The position numbers and the translations under genes are program-made. A stretch of DNA of 50,123 nucleotides from the NCBI RefSeq assembly GCF_006345805.1, contig NW_021834294.1, positions 1 through 50,123 on the forward strand. The letters are read 5' to 3'. The notes beneath the pieces were generated by a model. The model did not search any database. It was not told where the DNA came from and worked only from the letters and a program-made list of their open reading frames with translations. Numbering within the stretch: the first letter of the stretch is position 1; every line of letters starts with the position of its first letter. Positions 1 through 16,195 of the stretch are shown here, in pieces. The stretch comes from Octopus sinensis (Eukaryota).

Positions 1-265
1 TCCTTCTGATTGTGTGTGTGTGTGTATGTGTCTATTAGTTTCTCTCGTATTGAAAGAAATTGGCATGTGTATCCTGTATAATGCATGGACATCAAGGAAA
101 TGTGTCCTGTGCATTGCACATGATATACAGATTAAGCAAAAGGTTAAGCCATTTCTGAAGGAACAACTAGTCTTATTTAACAGCTATTTAACCCTTTGCC
201 TATCCAATCATTTTCATAAGTTTGTTCCAAATGTCCATGATTGTTTTCAAACTGTTTATTAGTTC

Positions 266-729
266 GGATCTTTTCCGTTTGACCGGCAGTTATTTCTAGT
301 GGTGTCATATGAAATTGTCACCCATAATTATGACCCTAGTATTGATCTATTGCATTTCAATCTGTTTTAGGGTTAGGGTTAGTTAGGGTTAAGGTTAGGG
401 TTAGGGTTAGGGTTAGGGTTAGGGTTAGGGGTGAGGGGAAGGGTATCTTTTTTTCTTCACAAATGTAAATAAACCCAATCTGTTTCTTAAACGAGGGACA
501 TGTTCATACGGCACAGAATGTTTTTTTAACCTCAATAGACATCATTGATTGGTTGGAATTGCAGAAATTGAAGAAAAAAACAACAAATATCTTACAAACT
601 ATAGAATTTTCTCAATAAAGCCAAGAGAAAAAGATGTTTTATAAACACATTCTACCAGTATACGATGTTTAAATTTTTTTAGTTTCCTAGAAATTATGTT
701 AAAAACTGCCGTTCAAATCGAAAAGATCC
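266..729. mobile_element. GG-ended MITE (Merlin-like) with expanded TTAGGG tract
   Basis: TIR GGATCTTTTC(C/G)GTTTGA / TTCAAA(T/C)CGAAAAGATCC; about 10 TTAGGG-type units at 367-430. Confidence 0.85.
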
Positions 730-1256
730 CATTATTGATTAATTAGTTCTTTTTTATTAAACCTTTCAAAAAATTTTAATTAAACAAAAAAAAAAAAAAC
801 GGTAGGAACTTAGTTGCCAACCTAATAATCGGAGGAAGCAAGAAGTGTATCGAGCTAGCAGAATCATTAGCACGCTAGTCAAAATACTCAGTGGAATTTT
901 TTGTCTTCATGTTCTGAGTTCAAATTCCATCATGGTTGACTTTTCCTTTCATATTTTTGGGGCTGATAAAATAAGCTGGTCAACAAAGTGGACTGCCCCC
1001 TTGTCTACGTCCCACACCAAATTTCTGTTTTTCTGTCTATTGAAAGGATCAAATCTCCTTCCCGAACCAAAGACTCATAAGGTCTGTTGTTCATTTTTGT
1101 CAGCTGAGTAGACTGGAGTAACGGAAAGTGAAGTGCTTTGCTCAAGAGCATAACGCATCATCCGGTCCAGGAATCGAAACCACAATCTTATGATCACGAG
1201 AGCAAAGTGATCCAAACATTTTGGTTCCGATTACTGGACAGCAGGAAGATTTATTG

Positions 1257-1680
1257 GGATCTTTTCAGTTTGAACGGCAGTTTTTAAAAATAATTTCCAC
1301 GTAACTAAACACTTAAACTTCGTATACTGGTAGAATGTGTTTATAAAACATCTTTTTCTCTTGGCTTTATTGAGAAAATTCTATGGTTTGTAAGATATTT
1401 GTTGGTTTTTTTCTTCAATTTCTGCAATTTCAACCCATCAATGACGTCTATTGAGGTAAAAAAAAACATTCTGTGTCGTATGAATATGTCCCTCGTTTAA
1501 GAAACAGATTGGGTTTATTTACATTTGTGAAGAAAAAAAGATACCCGTCCCCCCACCCGTAACCCTAACCCTAACCCTAAAACAGATTGAAATGCAATAG
1601 ATCAATGCAAGGGTCATAATTATGGGTGACAATTTCATAAGCACCGCTCGAAAAAGCTGCCGTCCAAACCGAAAAGATCC
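1257..1680. mobile_element. Same MITE, opposite orientation, 8-bp TSD
   Basis: TSD ATTTATTG at 1249-1256 and 1681-1688. Confidence 0.9.
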
Positions 1681-1969
1681 ATTTATTGGACAAAGCAAGT
1701 GATAGAAAGAGTCAAGCAGGGGGGTACAGAGAGAGAAAGAAAGAAAGAAAGAGAAAGAGTAAGCGGACAGGTAGACAGAAAAAAACAAAGAGAGTGAGGG
1801 GGGGGGGGCAGACAACTGGAAAGAGGAAGGGGGGTATTGTGGACCATAAATTTTCTTTGGTCTTACAAAAAAAAAAAAGAAAAGCAACGATTTAAGTTAC
1901 GTTTCATTTAAATTGGAAGAAATCAAATAATGATGATGATGATGGTAATGATGATCAGGATCATGATCA

Positions 1970-2080
1970 AAATGATAATAATAATAATAATAATAATAGC
2001 AATAATAATAATAGTAATAATAGTGATAATAATAATAATAGTATAGTAATAATAATAATAATATAATAATAATAATAATA

Positions 2081-2112
<32 letters not shown>

Positions 2113-2279
2113 GTAATATAATAATAATAATATAGTAATAATAATAATAAAAATAATAAATAATAAAAAAAATAATAAAAATAATAATAATATATATAAT
2201 ATAATTATAATATAATAATAATGATAATAATAATAATATAAGAATGATGATGATAATAGTAATAATAAAAATAATAGTT

Positions 2280-2315
<36 letters not shown>

Positions 2316-2345
2316 TAATAATAAAAATAATAAAATTATAATAAA
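1970..2345. repeat. (AAT)n compound microsatellite
   Basis: Directly visible. Confidence 0.95.
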
Positions 2346-2753
2346 CGGTATCATTTCAGCAATTACAGTGTTTAGTTAAATGTCACTAAAATCGTTTGCA
2401 GAAAAGACCTTGATTAAAGAATTATCTCCTTGTAATATTGTTATTGTGCTCCGCTTGGCATTTGTCTTATGGCTACGAATGTTGTTCCATGTGAGCTTGG
2501 AAACAGAGGAGCGGGATGGACTATTTATAGCGGATCAGGGGAAAAAAACAACATTGGAAGACAGACAGAGACAGACAAACAGACATGCGTACTCGCGCAT
2601 GCACACAAATGTACATGCACACACACACAGAAACACAGACACATGCATACACGCAGAGTACATATATGTATTTATATATATGGGTGTATGTGTGTGTGTA
2701 TTTGTATATATTGTATGCTATATATGTGTGTGTGTATACATATATATATATAC

Positions 2754-2784
<31 letters not shown>

Positions 2785-2951
2785 AGTATATATATATATA
2801 TATAAACACACATACATACAGGCATACATATATACACACAGACATATATATCAACTTTTACATGCGATCATAGAAAAGTGGACGTTAAAACGATGATTAT
2901 ACAATATGCATATGTATGTATGTACATATATATATGCATGTATGTATATAA

Positions 2952-2999
<48 letters not shown>

Positions 3000-3784
3000 A
3001 TATATATATATATATAGACATATATATATATATCTTTGTGTATATGTACATTCATTTATATATATATGTATATATATACACACACACATATGCGCACACC
3101 ACATACACACATAAATATATATATACATTTATATATATATATATATATATAATTGTGTGTGTGCGTGTTTGCATACTTCTATGTATGCCTGCAATTATGT
3201 ATGTATAAATGTATATATATGTGTGTGTGTGTGTGTGTGTTCATACGTCTTTATACACATTACTTTATTGATTAACGAATCTAGAAAAAAAAATTAAAGC
3301 TAAACAAAGCCACATAGAAAATGTCCGAATATTTTAGAGAGCTTCATTTCAAAAACCGAAATATAATATATAATTGCATAAAACCTACTACATTGTAGCA
3401 AAAAATCTATTGACCCTTCCTAGGAAACATCCAGAAACTGGATATAAGCTGTATGAATGTGGAAAAGAGAGATGTTTCTGGTAAACACCACTGGCAACAA
3501 AAAAATCCGTGATCGTTTTATCAACAGCGAGAGGAGGCGGAAATGGCCGATCTATTGATCTAATGTTCACGGTTGATGGAGAAGATCAAAATCAAAGTTT
3601 AGATAATTGGAATCGATCATCATCGTGTTATTTTGGCCACAACAATGTTACAATATCTTGATGGTATCAAGCAAAATATCGGCTCTGCTTTATTTTATTC
3701 TTTGTTTTTCTTTGTTCTCTTCTGTTTGGTTTTAAACATTTTTGATACATCCGTTGCACTAAGTATTCAGGTTATATATATCTA

Positions 3785-3851
<67 letters not shown>

Positions 3852-3866
3852 TTATATATATATATA

Positions 3867-4243
3867 CTAGCAGTATCGCCCGGCGTTGCTCAGGTTTGTA
3901 AGGGAAATAACTATAAAGCATTTTTAGAGAGTTATAGCCAAAAATATAGCAAAATGATGGAAAAAAATGATGGTAATTTTTTTTTAGTTAAAAAAGGTGG
4001 AGTTGCGTCCCCTAGACAGTTTGCGGTTTGTGTTTCGATTCTCGACCCCATGTCGAATTTATCGATTTTTTTTCAGAACTGGGGAACTTTTCAAAATTTT
4101 CGCTGCGCGTTAGTTTTGAATTATGACATTGGGCTATGGTGTGTCAAGTTTCATCAGAATCGGTTGAAAGCCGTGGTCAGGGTGAGGGTACAAGAAAACA
4201 GACACACAGAAACACGCACAGACAAACTGCCGTTTATATATAG

Positions 4244-4244
<1 letters not shown>
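3867..4244 (-). mobile_element. Non-autonomous Helitron
   Basis: 5' TC end, subterminal GC hairpin and 3' CTAG end in (TA)n. Shares its 5' part (about 200 bp) with 19341-19754. Confidence 0.75.
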
Positions 4245-4275
<31 letters not shown>

Positions 4276-4447
4276 ATATATATATATATATAATATATGT
4301 GTGTGTGTGTGTGTGTGTGTATGATGTATATATCTATCTATTTATATATATATTATAAATGTATGTATGTATATGTGTGTATGTATCTCTCTCTATATAT
4401 ATGTATATGTGTGTGTGTTGTGTGGTATGCAAGTATGTATATATATG

Positions 4448-4480
<33 letters not shown>

Positions 4481-4620
4481 GCATATGTATATATATGCAT
4501 ATGCATATGTATGTATACAACAGCTTTATTTGTTCTAGCTGAGTTTGTTCATATATGTATATGTGTTATATATGTGTATATATGTACATATGTATATATA
4601 TAATATATATATAATATATT

Positions 4621-4673
<53 letters not shown>

Positions 4674-5396
4674 ATCTGGGTCGACTGTGCACGTCATACG
4701 ACTGAGAATTAATGAGTACGAATGCTGTTTATATAGTTACTTTGATGACGCGCGATCACATGATCATCGTTTAAGCCGACGGTAAATAATTGCACATCAG
4801 GACGATCTTTGAAATTCATAAAAACACTGCTGACAGGTAGAAATAAGTTCAGTTCTTTTGCTTAGGATTAAAGCAGAAGACAGGTAAGTGAATGATATGA
4901 GGCTTCATTGTAACACAGAAGTAACTAAGCTACAATTTTATCTAAATTCTGCGAACTCTGGTTTACAGAGATTCTGTATCATTTTCCATCCTACTTTAAT
5001 CCCAAACAAAAGAAAGGAACTAATTTCCGCCTACCCACACAAGTCCAAATACTTTCTCGAAAATGTTAAAGAGCTGTCGGTTGGCTCGGCTTGAAGAATC
5101 CGTCTTTTTCTCTTTTTCTGCGACATACTAACCACAGGACCGTGGTACCGCAGCTGTGGCCTTTCAATGTATAGAAGAAGTAGCTCGATCTAGAGAGGTG
5201 GGATAAAAACCAGATCGGCTATTTTCAATTCCATTTCCATTGTTATCCTTTTCTTTTGGTAATGAATGTTAAGTAATGACTGAAAGAGCACAATCGTGAA
5301 TGCAAGTAGCCGAAATGGCTCTCCTTCAAAGAATCTCCGGAGTAATGTTCCTGATAGATTCCCAAGACTACGAACATTATCCAGACATCTGGTTCT

Positions 5397-5630
5397 TATT
5401 TCTTTACTGCCCACAAGGGGCTAAACACAGAGGGGACAAACAAGGACAGACAAAAGGATGAAGTTGATTACATCGACCCCAGTGCATAACTGGTACTTAT
5501 TTAATCGACCCCGAAAGGATGAAAGGCAAAGGGGACCTCGGTGGAATTTGAACTCAGAACGTAACGGTAAGACGAAATAAGGTTACGCATTTCACCCAGT
5601 GTGCTAACGTTTCTGCCAGCTCACCGCCTT
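5397..5630 (-). mobile_element. Family B SINE monomer
   Basis: Reverse-complement match. Further diverged copies at about 862-1000 and 28943-29088. Confidence 0.8.
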
Positions 5631-7488
5631 CTGGTTCTTGGTCTACTCCGAGGTTTCACCTATGGAACCCTTTGATTATTCTTTTATTCTGGTAGACTCC
5701 CCTAGCCATTCGATGTTTTAAAATTAATTTTATAGAAACTTCTTTCAGGTAGACGAAGAAGAATTCATTTTGCGATTCATATCCGTGACATTCTAACCAC
5801 ATGTCTGTAGTATCAGAGTCGTGGATCTGTAGAAACTGATAAAAGACCAAACTTTCTATCTTCAATTCAGTTTCCATGCTTATCCTCTCTTATGGCCATG
5901 AATGTTAGGTAATGTATAGAAGAGTATGATCCCAAATGCAAGTGGCCGAAATAGGGTTTCTTTCAAAGATGACCAACTGAGACAGGATTATATCCAAACA
6001 TCTTGTTTTTGGTCTACAACACCTACGTCTTTCGTTGGCTGGCTTGGCTTGAAAAATCCTTTTTTTTTCTGGACATACTAACCACAAGTCCGTAGAAGCG
6101 GAGCTGTAACCTGTCAATGCGGTGAAGTAGCAGCTCGACGCAGGGAGAATAGTCTGATCTCCAAACTACGCGAGCCTGTGGATAACGTTGCTTATGAAAT
6201 CCTCCGGAGGTACCCCTATTTTAGCCGCTTGTGTTCGCCATCGTATTCTTTCGGTCGTTATCCAACACTCGTGACCATGGGTGAGGATATGAATGAAAGC
6301 CGAATTGGAAATAACGTGTTTGGGTCTTTTATCAACCCTGCCTCTTCACAGGAAATAGTTCTGGAGGCGCAATGGCCAATGGTTAGGGCAGCGGATTCGC
6401 GGTCGGAGGATCGTGGTTTCGATTCCCAGACCAGGCGTTGTGTGTGTTTATTGAGCGAAAACACCTAAAGCTCCACGAGGTTCCAGCTGGGGGGGGGGGG
6501 TGACCCCTGTTGTACTCTTTCGCTCCAACTTTCTCTCACTCTTTCTTCCTGCTTCTTGTCCCCGACTTCCTACGGAGCCCTCTGAGCCTGCATGCGCATT
6601 CATCCATCCGTCGATGCTCTCGGTGTCGGCGGGGTTGACCTGCTTTCTCTTCTGCGGGTCTTACGAATAGCAAAGGACCACGTTTTGGACTTCCCCCATC
6701 TTGCGAGCTCTGGGACGAAGACCGTTTGCTCAACAACAACAACAACAACAAATCAGCAACTAGAATTCTACGAGGGGCTACTGAAAAGTGCCCTGACTTT
6801 GGCTAAAAGAAAATACAGGAGGATCAGTTAATTATGATTTTATTCAACACCCTCCCCTTCTCATATTTACACACTTATTGCAGTGGTCCTTCAGTTTTTC
6901 TAAGTCCTATAATAGAACTCAGGAGGTCGAGCCCCCAGCCAGGCCTTTCGTTGTACACTCAATGACAGCTACTTTTCAGCACTCCTTTGTAGCATCCAGT
7001 TCAGCAACCAACATTAATCTGGTATCGATTCGCAATAGACATTTGTTATGATTGGTGAACCATGCTCTGTCAGTGAGTTCTCAGCCTCGCTAATACATAT
7101 ATACAATCGATCAGCTCAACACTCCAAATCGATACTTAAGCACGTAATATATTTTTATTATTTTCTGATTGGCTGCTCTTTTGCTCATTGGTAAATATCT
7201 CTTGCAGAGCATTAAGATATATATAGACGCTGGCATGAATGTGTGGTCAAGAAGTCTGGTTTGCAGCCGAGTGGTTTCAGTTTCCGTTCTACTGGGCGGG
7301 TCCCCTAGCAAGCTGCTTCTATTAGAGCCTGTAACCTCAGGCTGACCAATGCCTTGTGAGTGGATTTGGTAGATAGAAACTGCGTGGAAACCCGTTGCAT
7401 ATATGTATGTAAATATTATGTATATAGACATATATATATATGTGTGTGTGTGTGTGTGTAGATATATATGTATCTATATGCATAGGTA

Positions 7489-7546
<58 letters not shown>

Positions 7547-7575
7547 TACATACATATATGTATTATGTATGTATG

Positions 7576-7609
<34 letters not shown>

Positions 7610-9067
7610 ATACACCATACCTACATATATGTATGTATGTGTATGTGTAAGTGTACATACCTTTGTGTTTGCCCAAACAGTGCTCAACGAACGGTCTTGG
7701 CTTGTTTACGTCTCCGTAATTTAGGTGAGGGTATTCGGATGGAATAAGGACCTGACTTAAAAATAGAATAAGTCCTGGTGATCAGTTTGTTCGACTAGTC
7801 CCTTCAAGGTGTTGCTCCAGGATGACAGCAAGTATACAAATAAAAATTACCATCCAAGACGTTTTATATCACAAACCCGAGAGATTTTCTGTATAGAACA
7901 CTGGTTCTGAATTATCCTTTTTTTCCCACCTATGGACCCCTTTGATTATTCTTTTATTCTGGTGGACTCCACTAACCATTCATCATCATCATCATCATCG
8001 TTTAACGTCCGCTTTCCATGCCAGCATGGGTTGGACGATTTTGACTGAAGGCTGGCAACCAGATGGCTGCACCAGGCAGAGTTTCTACAGCTGGATGCCC
8101 TTCCTAACGCCAAGAGTGTAGTGGGTGCTTTTTACTTGCCACCGGCATGGGGGCCAGTCAGGTGGTACTGGCAATGACCTGGCTTGAATCTTTTTACATG
8201 TGCCACCGGCAAAGGTACCAGTGAAGCGACGTTGGTAACGATCACGCTCGAATAGTGCCCTTTTACCTGCCACGGGTACGGAAGCCAGTTGGCTGCTGTG
8301 GCAACGATCACGCTCGGATGGTGCTCTTGGCACCCTACTAGCACAGGCATAAGTGCCAGTAAGGCGACGCTGGTAACGATCATACTCGAATAGCCGCTCT
8401 GTCAACGATCACACTTGTATGGTGCTCTTTGCACACCGCTAGCACGGATGCCAGTCATTGAATTGATTTTGATTAATTTTATAGAAACTTCTTTCAAAAT
8501 TCCTATTTTGGTTTTCACCTATTTTTTACGTTGACCTATGTAAAATGTTAGAGAAAGAAACCTAGCTGTTTCTCGCAGTACTTACCAATACATACATCTA
8601 AAGCAAAATTTCTTCAGGTTCTCAACCATTTTTTACCTTTGGACCCCTTTGATTAATGATTTATTCTAGTGGACCCCCAAAGCTATTCCATGTTTAAAAA
8701 CTAGTTTTACAGATAAATAAAAAATAAATGTGCCCTTTTAAAGCCTAGCCAGGTTTCAATGGTGTTGTGTTCCCCAGCTGGACGGGACGCCAGTCCTTCG
8801 CAGCGTTACTCATTTTTACCAGCTGAGTGGACTGGAGCAACATGAAATGAAGTGTTTTGCTCAAGAACACAAAGCATTGCCCAGTCCAGGAATTGAAACC
8901 ACAATCTAGAAGTCATGAGTGCAACATCCTAACCATTAGCTGAGTGGAGTGGAGCAACGTGAAATGAAGTGTTTTACTCAAGAACACAATGCATTGCCCG
9001 ATCCAGGAATTGAAACCACAATCTTACGATCATGATGCTGACACCCTAACCACGAAGCTACGCGCCT

Positions 9068-9115
<48 letters not shown>

Positions 9116-9630
9116 GTATGTATGTTTGTGTAAATACATACATAAATACATATATATATATGGGTGGGGGGGGAATCTAGGGAATGGGGTCTGTATTTGT
9201 TTGCTAAAAATTGAGTGAGTCACATTGCAGATGACCCCTTTTTTGTGACGATTACAAACAAGTGTCTGATTTTTAAACGGTTAGACCAAAAGTTAAAACC
9301 ATTTGATAAAACAACTCTACACACACACACATACATACATAAATACATACATACGTACATACAAACATACACACATTACATATAAACATACATATAGGTT
9401 TGGTGACACACACAAATGTACACATACACATATATTATATTAGAAGGAAAATTAAAACTAAAATCAAAAAACCCAATATATACCTGCTATAGCGGAACCC
9501 TAAATCGGATCCTTAGATCCAACCTTCGGTGTGAATTTGGAACCTAAGAGTTGGCCAACTATAGCACTTACTCAGCGTACCTATTCATTTAGATTACAAG
9601 TGAACCAACCCCTCATATTCTATATATATG

Positions 9631-9928
9631 TGGAGGCACATGGCCTAGTGGTTAGAGCAGCGGACTCACAGTCGAGGGTTCGCGGGTTCGAATCTCAGAA
9701 CGGACGATGTGTGTGTTTATGAGCGAAACACCTAAGCTCCACGCAGCTCCGGCAGAAGGTAATGGCGAAACTTCTGCTGACTCTTTCGCCACAACTTTCT
9801 CTCACTCTTTCTTCCTGCATCTTGCAGCTCACCTGCGATGGACCGGCGTCCCCTCCAGGTGGGGAACTATACGCCAAGAAACCGGGAAACCGGCCCTTAT
9901 GAGCCAGGCATGGCTTGAGAAGGAACAA
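9631..9928 (+). mobile_element. SINE family C (tRNA head, V-domain-like CCTGCGATGGACCGGCGTCCC)
   Basis: Head GGAGGCACATGGCCTAGTGGTTAGAGCAGCGGACTC, B box GGTTCGAATC. Related copies at 6362-6750 (+), 12511-12810 (-), 29143-29337 (+). Confidence 0.7.
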
Positions 9929-10019
9929 AAGACAAGATTCTATATATATATTTATAGAAATGGTAAGACAACAAAAGAATGAATGAGACCTCGATATTAT
10001 GTAAATTGAGGAATTTATT

Positions 10020-10203
10020 TGTAATATAATATGTGATAATTATTCGGTTGCCATAATAAAACTCCGAGTTTTGGATGTCGGGGCGGAAACCTGCAACGGC
10101 ATTTCTTCAGTTATCGAGGCAATCAAAATATGCGAGATCTGTGTGTGCATTATAAACACAGAGTTTTATTATAGCAACCGAATAATTGTCATATTATATT
10201 ACA
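10020..10203. mobile_element. Small MITE-like element
   Basis: About 45-bp inverted termini (TGTAATATAATATGTGATAATTATTCGGTTGCCATAATAAAACTC / GAGTTTTATTATAGCAACCGAATAATTGTCATATTATATTACA). Confidence 0.65.
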
Positions 10204-10275
10204 CACAGACACACACACATGTGTGCACATTCATATATCCACCTCTTTCTCTTTCACGCTGTATGTTTGCTTGGA

Positions 10276-10306
<31 letters not shown>

Positions 10307-10383
10307 AGAACAAACCACTGAAAAACGCCCACAGAGGGAACAATTGAAAGATTGTTTTAAATCCAGAAGCAAAATAACCGAGT

Positions 10384-10555
10384 AGGCGCAGGAGTGGCTG
10401 TGTGGTAAGTAGCTTGCTTACCAACCACATGGTTCCGGGTTCAGTCCCACTGCATGGCATCTTGGGCAAGTGTCTTCTGCTATAGCCCCGGGCTGACCAA
10501 TGCCTTGTGAGTGGATTTGGTAGACGGAAACTGAAAGAAGCTTGTCGTATATATG

Positions 10556-10603
<48 letters not shown>

Positions 10604-10832
10604 TGTCTGTGTGTGTTTGTGTGTCTGTGTTTGTCCCCCTAGCATTGCTTGACAACCGATGCTGGTGTGTTTACGTCCCCGTCACTTAGCGGTTCGGCAA
10701 AAGAAACTGATAGAATAAGTACTGGACTTACAAAGAATAAGTCCCGGGGTCGATTTGCTCGACTAAAGGCGGTGCTCCAGCATGGCCGCAGTTAAATGAC
10801 TGAAACAAGTAAAAGAGTAAAGAGTAAAAGAG
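10384..10832 (+). mobile_element. tRNA-derived CORE-type SINE (family A), full length
   Basis: Pol III A box TGGCTGTGTGG, B box GGTTCAGTCC, CORE-like CTTGGGCAAGTG, internal (TA)/(TG) tract, (TAAAAGAG)n tail. Confidence 0.85.
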
Positions 10833-11418
10833 AGAGTCAAATGAGGTTGCTACTAGTTCTCGTTCATTTTACTAAGAAAATCATTCAAAAGACATTTTCA
10901 TTGTTTCATCTTTATTAAATAACCATTGGGAATCTCTATTCCGATAGCAATGCATTCTTCTTGAAATCAATAAATAACATCAAGACAAAATCATCATCAT
11001 CAACCGTTTCCCTCAGTTACAAGACAACGCAACATCATAAGAATTACATATGCATCTAATCATTCTCGAAAGTTCCATCAAGAATATTTGGCAGATTTCG
11101 GTTCAGAACTAAACAAATTACCCTCTTCTATCTCTTTGATTACCATTGCACTGCAAAAAAAGATTAAACAGAGCAGTTTAATTGAGTGAAAGGAAACTCT
11201 CATGAGATTTTTTTTTGCAAAAACAATCACTTGCAGATATAATTAGGAACGATGCAAAAATGGTTAATTTTCTGGGGTGTTTAATTTCTTTTCATCTTGT
11301 CAAACTCTCTTCGTTTTCCAATCCATTTAACAACTGCAGTTTTATATTAAGTTAAGGCTTCCTGTCGAAGCTGCTTATCTACTTCTTATGTGTGTTGCAT
11401 GCGGTATCTACAAAATAT

Positions 11419-12291
11419 AGGCGGCAAGCTGGCAGAAACGTTAGCACGCCGGGCGAAATGCGTAGCTGTATTTCGTCTGCCGTTACGTTCTGAGTTCAAA
11501 TTCCGCCGAGGTCGACTTTGCCTTTCATCCTTTCGGGGTCGATAAATTGAGTACCAGTTACGCACTGGGGTCGATGTAATCGACTTAATACCTATGTCTG
11601 TCCTTGTTTGTCCCCTCTGTGTTTAGCCCCTTGTGGGTAATAAAGAAATAGGTATCTACAAAATATATGTGTGATGCGCTCAATATTTGCTATATATGTG
11701 TTACAAAGGGTCTTTATCAACTGCTTATGCGATATTTCTGTGTGCACAATATCTTGTATATGTGAGATATGTATCTGTCACTTCCAAATGCATATGTGAG
11801 GTGTGTACATGTGTACTTCCAAATACATATCTCATGTGTGTACCCTATCAGCTGCACATGTGAAATACGTGTATATATTTCTTTATTTCCCACAAGGGAC
11901 TAAACATAGAGGGGACAAACAAGGACAGACAAAGGGATTAAGTCGATTACATCGACCCCAGTGCGGAACTGGTACTTTATTTATCGACTCCGAAATGATG
12001 AAAAGCAAAGTTGACCTCGGCGGAATTTGAACTCAGAACGTAATGGCAGACGAAATACCTATTTCTTTATTACCCACAAGGGGCTAAACACAGAGGGGAC
12101 AAACAAGGACAGACATAGGTATTAAGTCGATTACATCGACCCCAGTGCGTAACTGGTACTTAATTTATCGACCCCGAAAGTATGAATGGCAAAGTCGACC
12201 TCGGCGGAATTTGAACTCACAACGTAACGGCAGACGAAATACCGCTAAGCATTTCACCCAGCACGCTAACATTTCTGTCTGCTCGCCGCCT
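11419..12291. mobile_element. SINE family B (Meta-domain-like): monomer 11419-11657 (+), dimer 11881-12291 (-)
   Basis: tRNA-like head GGCGGCAAGCTGGCAGAAACGTTAGCA, B box GAGTTCAAATTCC, core GCCTTTCATCCTTTCGGGGTCGATAAATTAAGTACC. Confidence 0.8.
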
Positions 12292-13073
12292 TATTGTGAA
12301 ATATGTGTATACTCCTTATTGCATGCGTATATTTGGTGTCTTTACACTATATACTATGAAAGTAGATATGTGTGCACTATCTACTGCACGTGTGCTGCAT
12401 GTGAGCGCAGTATTTAACCATATATGTATTACAAGGGTCTCTACCAACTGCATATCTGAGATCTGTGTGTGCAATATATGTTTATTTTTTTTTATTTATG
12501 CACCCTTTTCAAGCCTAGACTGGCTCATGGGCCCGGTTTCACGATTTCTGTGGCGTATGTGTGTCCCCTCCCCACCCAGCTGGACGTGACGCCAGTCCAT
12601 TGCAGCGTTACTCAAGAAACAGGAAGAGAGAGTGAGAGAAAGTTGGGACGAAAGAGTACAACTGGGGTCGCCCCCCCCCCTACCGGAGCCTCTTGGAGCT
12701 TTAGGTGTTTTCACTCAATAAACATGCACAACGCCCGGTCTGAGATTCGAAACCGCTATCCTCCTACCGCGAGTCCGCTTCCCTAACCACTGGGCCATTG
12801 TGCCTCCACATGCAATATATGTTGCATATGAGAAATTCATATCGGATGTGTGTGCCCTGTTTCGTGTGTGCTTGTGCACCATCTTCCGTGTATGTGTGAG
12901 GTGTTTATATTATATAATACTTAACCAGATACGTGTTCACCATCTACTGCATATGTGCAATGTGTGTGCATTACATGTTGCAAGTATTTCTGCTGTATTT
13001 ATTGAAAATATGTTACGTCTGTGTGCGCTTTCACATGTAGATGTGCGATGCGTTAATGCACAATGTGGTAAGT

Positions 13074-15820
<2,747 letters not shown>

Positions 15821-16032
15821 GCGTGTAGGTGCTCAGTGCCTCTCCGAAAGAGAGAGAGAGAGGGATATATATCTATATATATAAAGCTGAAGTTTTCTGT
15901 GTATGGCAGGTTTGGTAGCCTTCAACTAACACTATCGCCTCCGAGACCCTGCGGCGCAAGTTGATCAAAATTGAGAGTATGATAGAAGAAGGCTTGCTCT
16001 TCCTTCCGTAGAAGAAAAAATTCAAATCAAAT

Positions 16033-16195
16033 CATGTTAAAAAGCTGTGAGCCCTTCAAACCCAGGCTATTGCAGTAACTGGTCCTGAAGGGTGATTGCA
16101 TTGCTGGGACCTTTGGCACTATGCAGTGTCGTCCCGTTCTGGCATTGGTGTAGCTTTCAATGCCAAAATTTGGCACAATTCCTTCCAGGAGTATA
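16033..16195 (-). mobile_element. Fragment of the same LINE family
   Basis: Minus strand LLEGIVPNFGIESYTNARTGRHCIVPKVP...SYCNSLGLKGSQLFNM aligns with the 25357-25716 peptide. Confidence 0.8.

Noticed and set aside
367-430. TTAGGG array as a true telomere or fusion site
   Set aside because: It is short and lies inside a MITE; shorter versions occur in the other copies.
3420-3500. Peptide HPETGYKLYEC resembling a C2H2 zinc-finger linker
   Set aside because: No CxxC...HxxxH spacing, and a stop follows soon after.
6362-6440. tRNA-like sequences at SINE heads as tRNA genes
   Set aside because: They have A and B boxes but no complete cloverleaf and run directly into SINE bodies.
10085-10115. CTGAAGA (minus strand) near GAAAC (plus strand) inside the small MITE
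   Set aside because: The two core halves are on opposite strands, so no hammerhead can fold.
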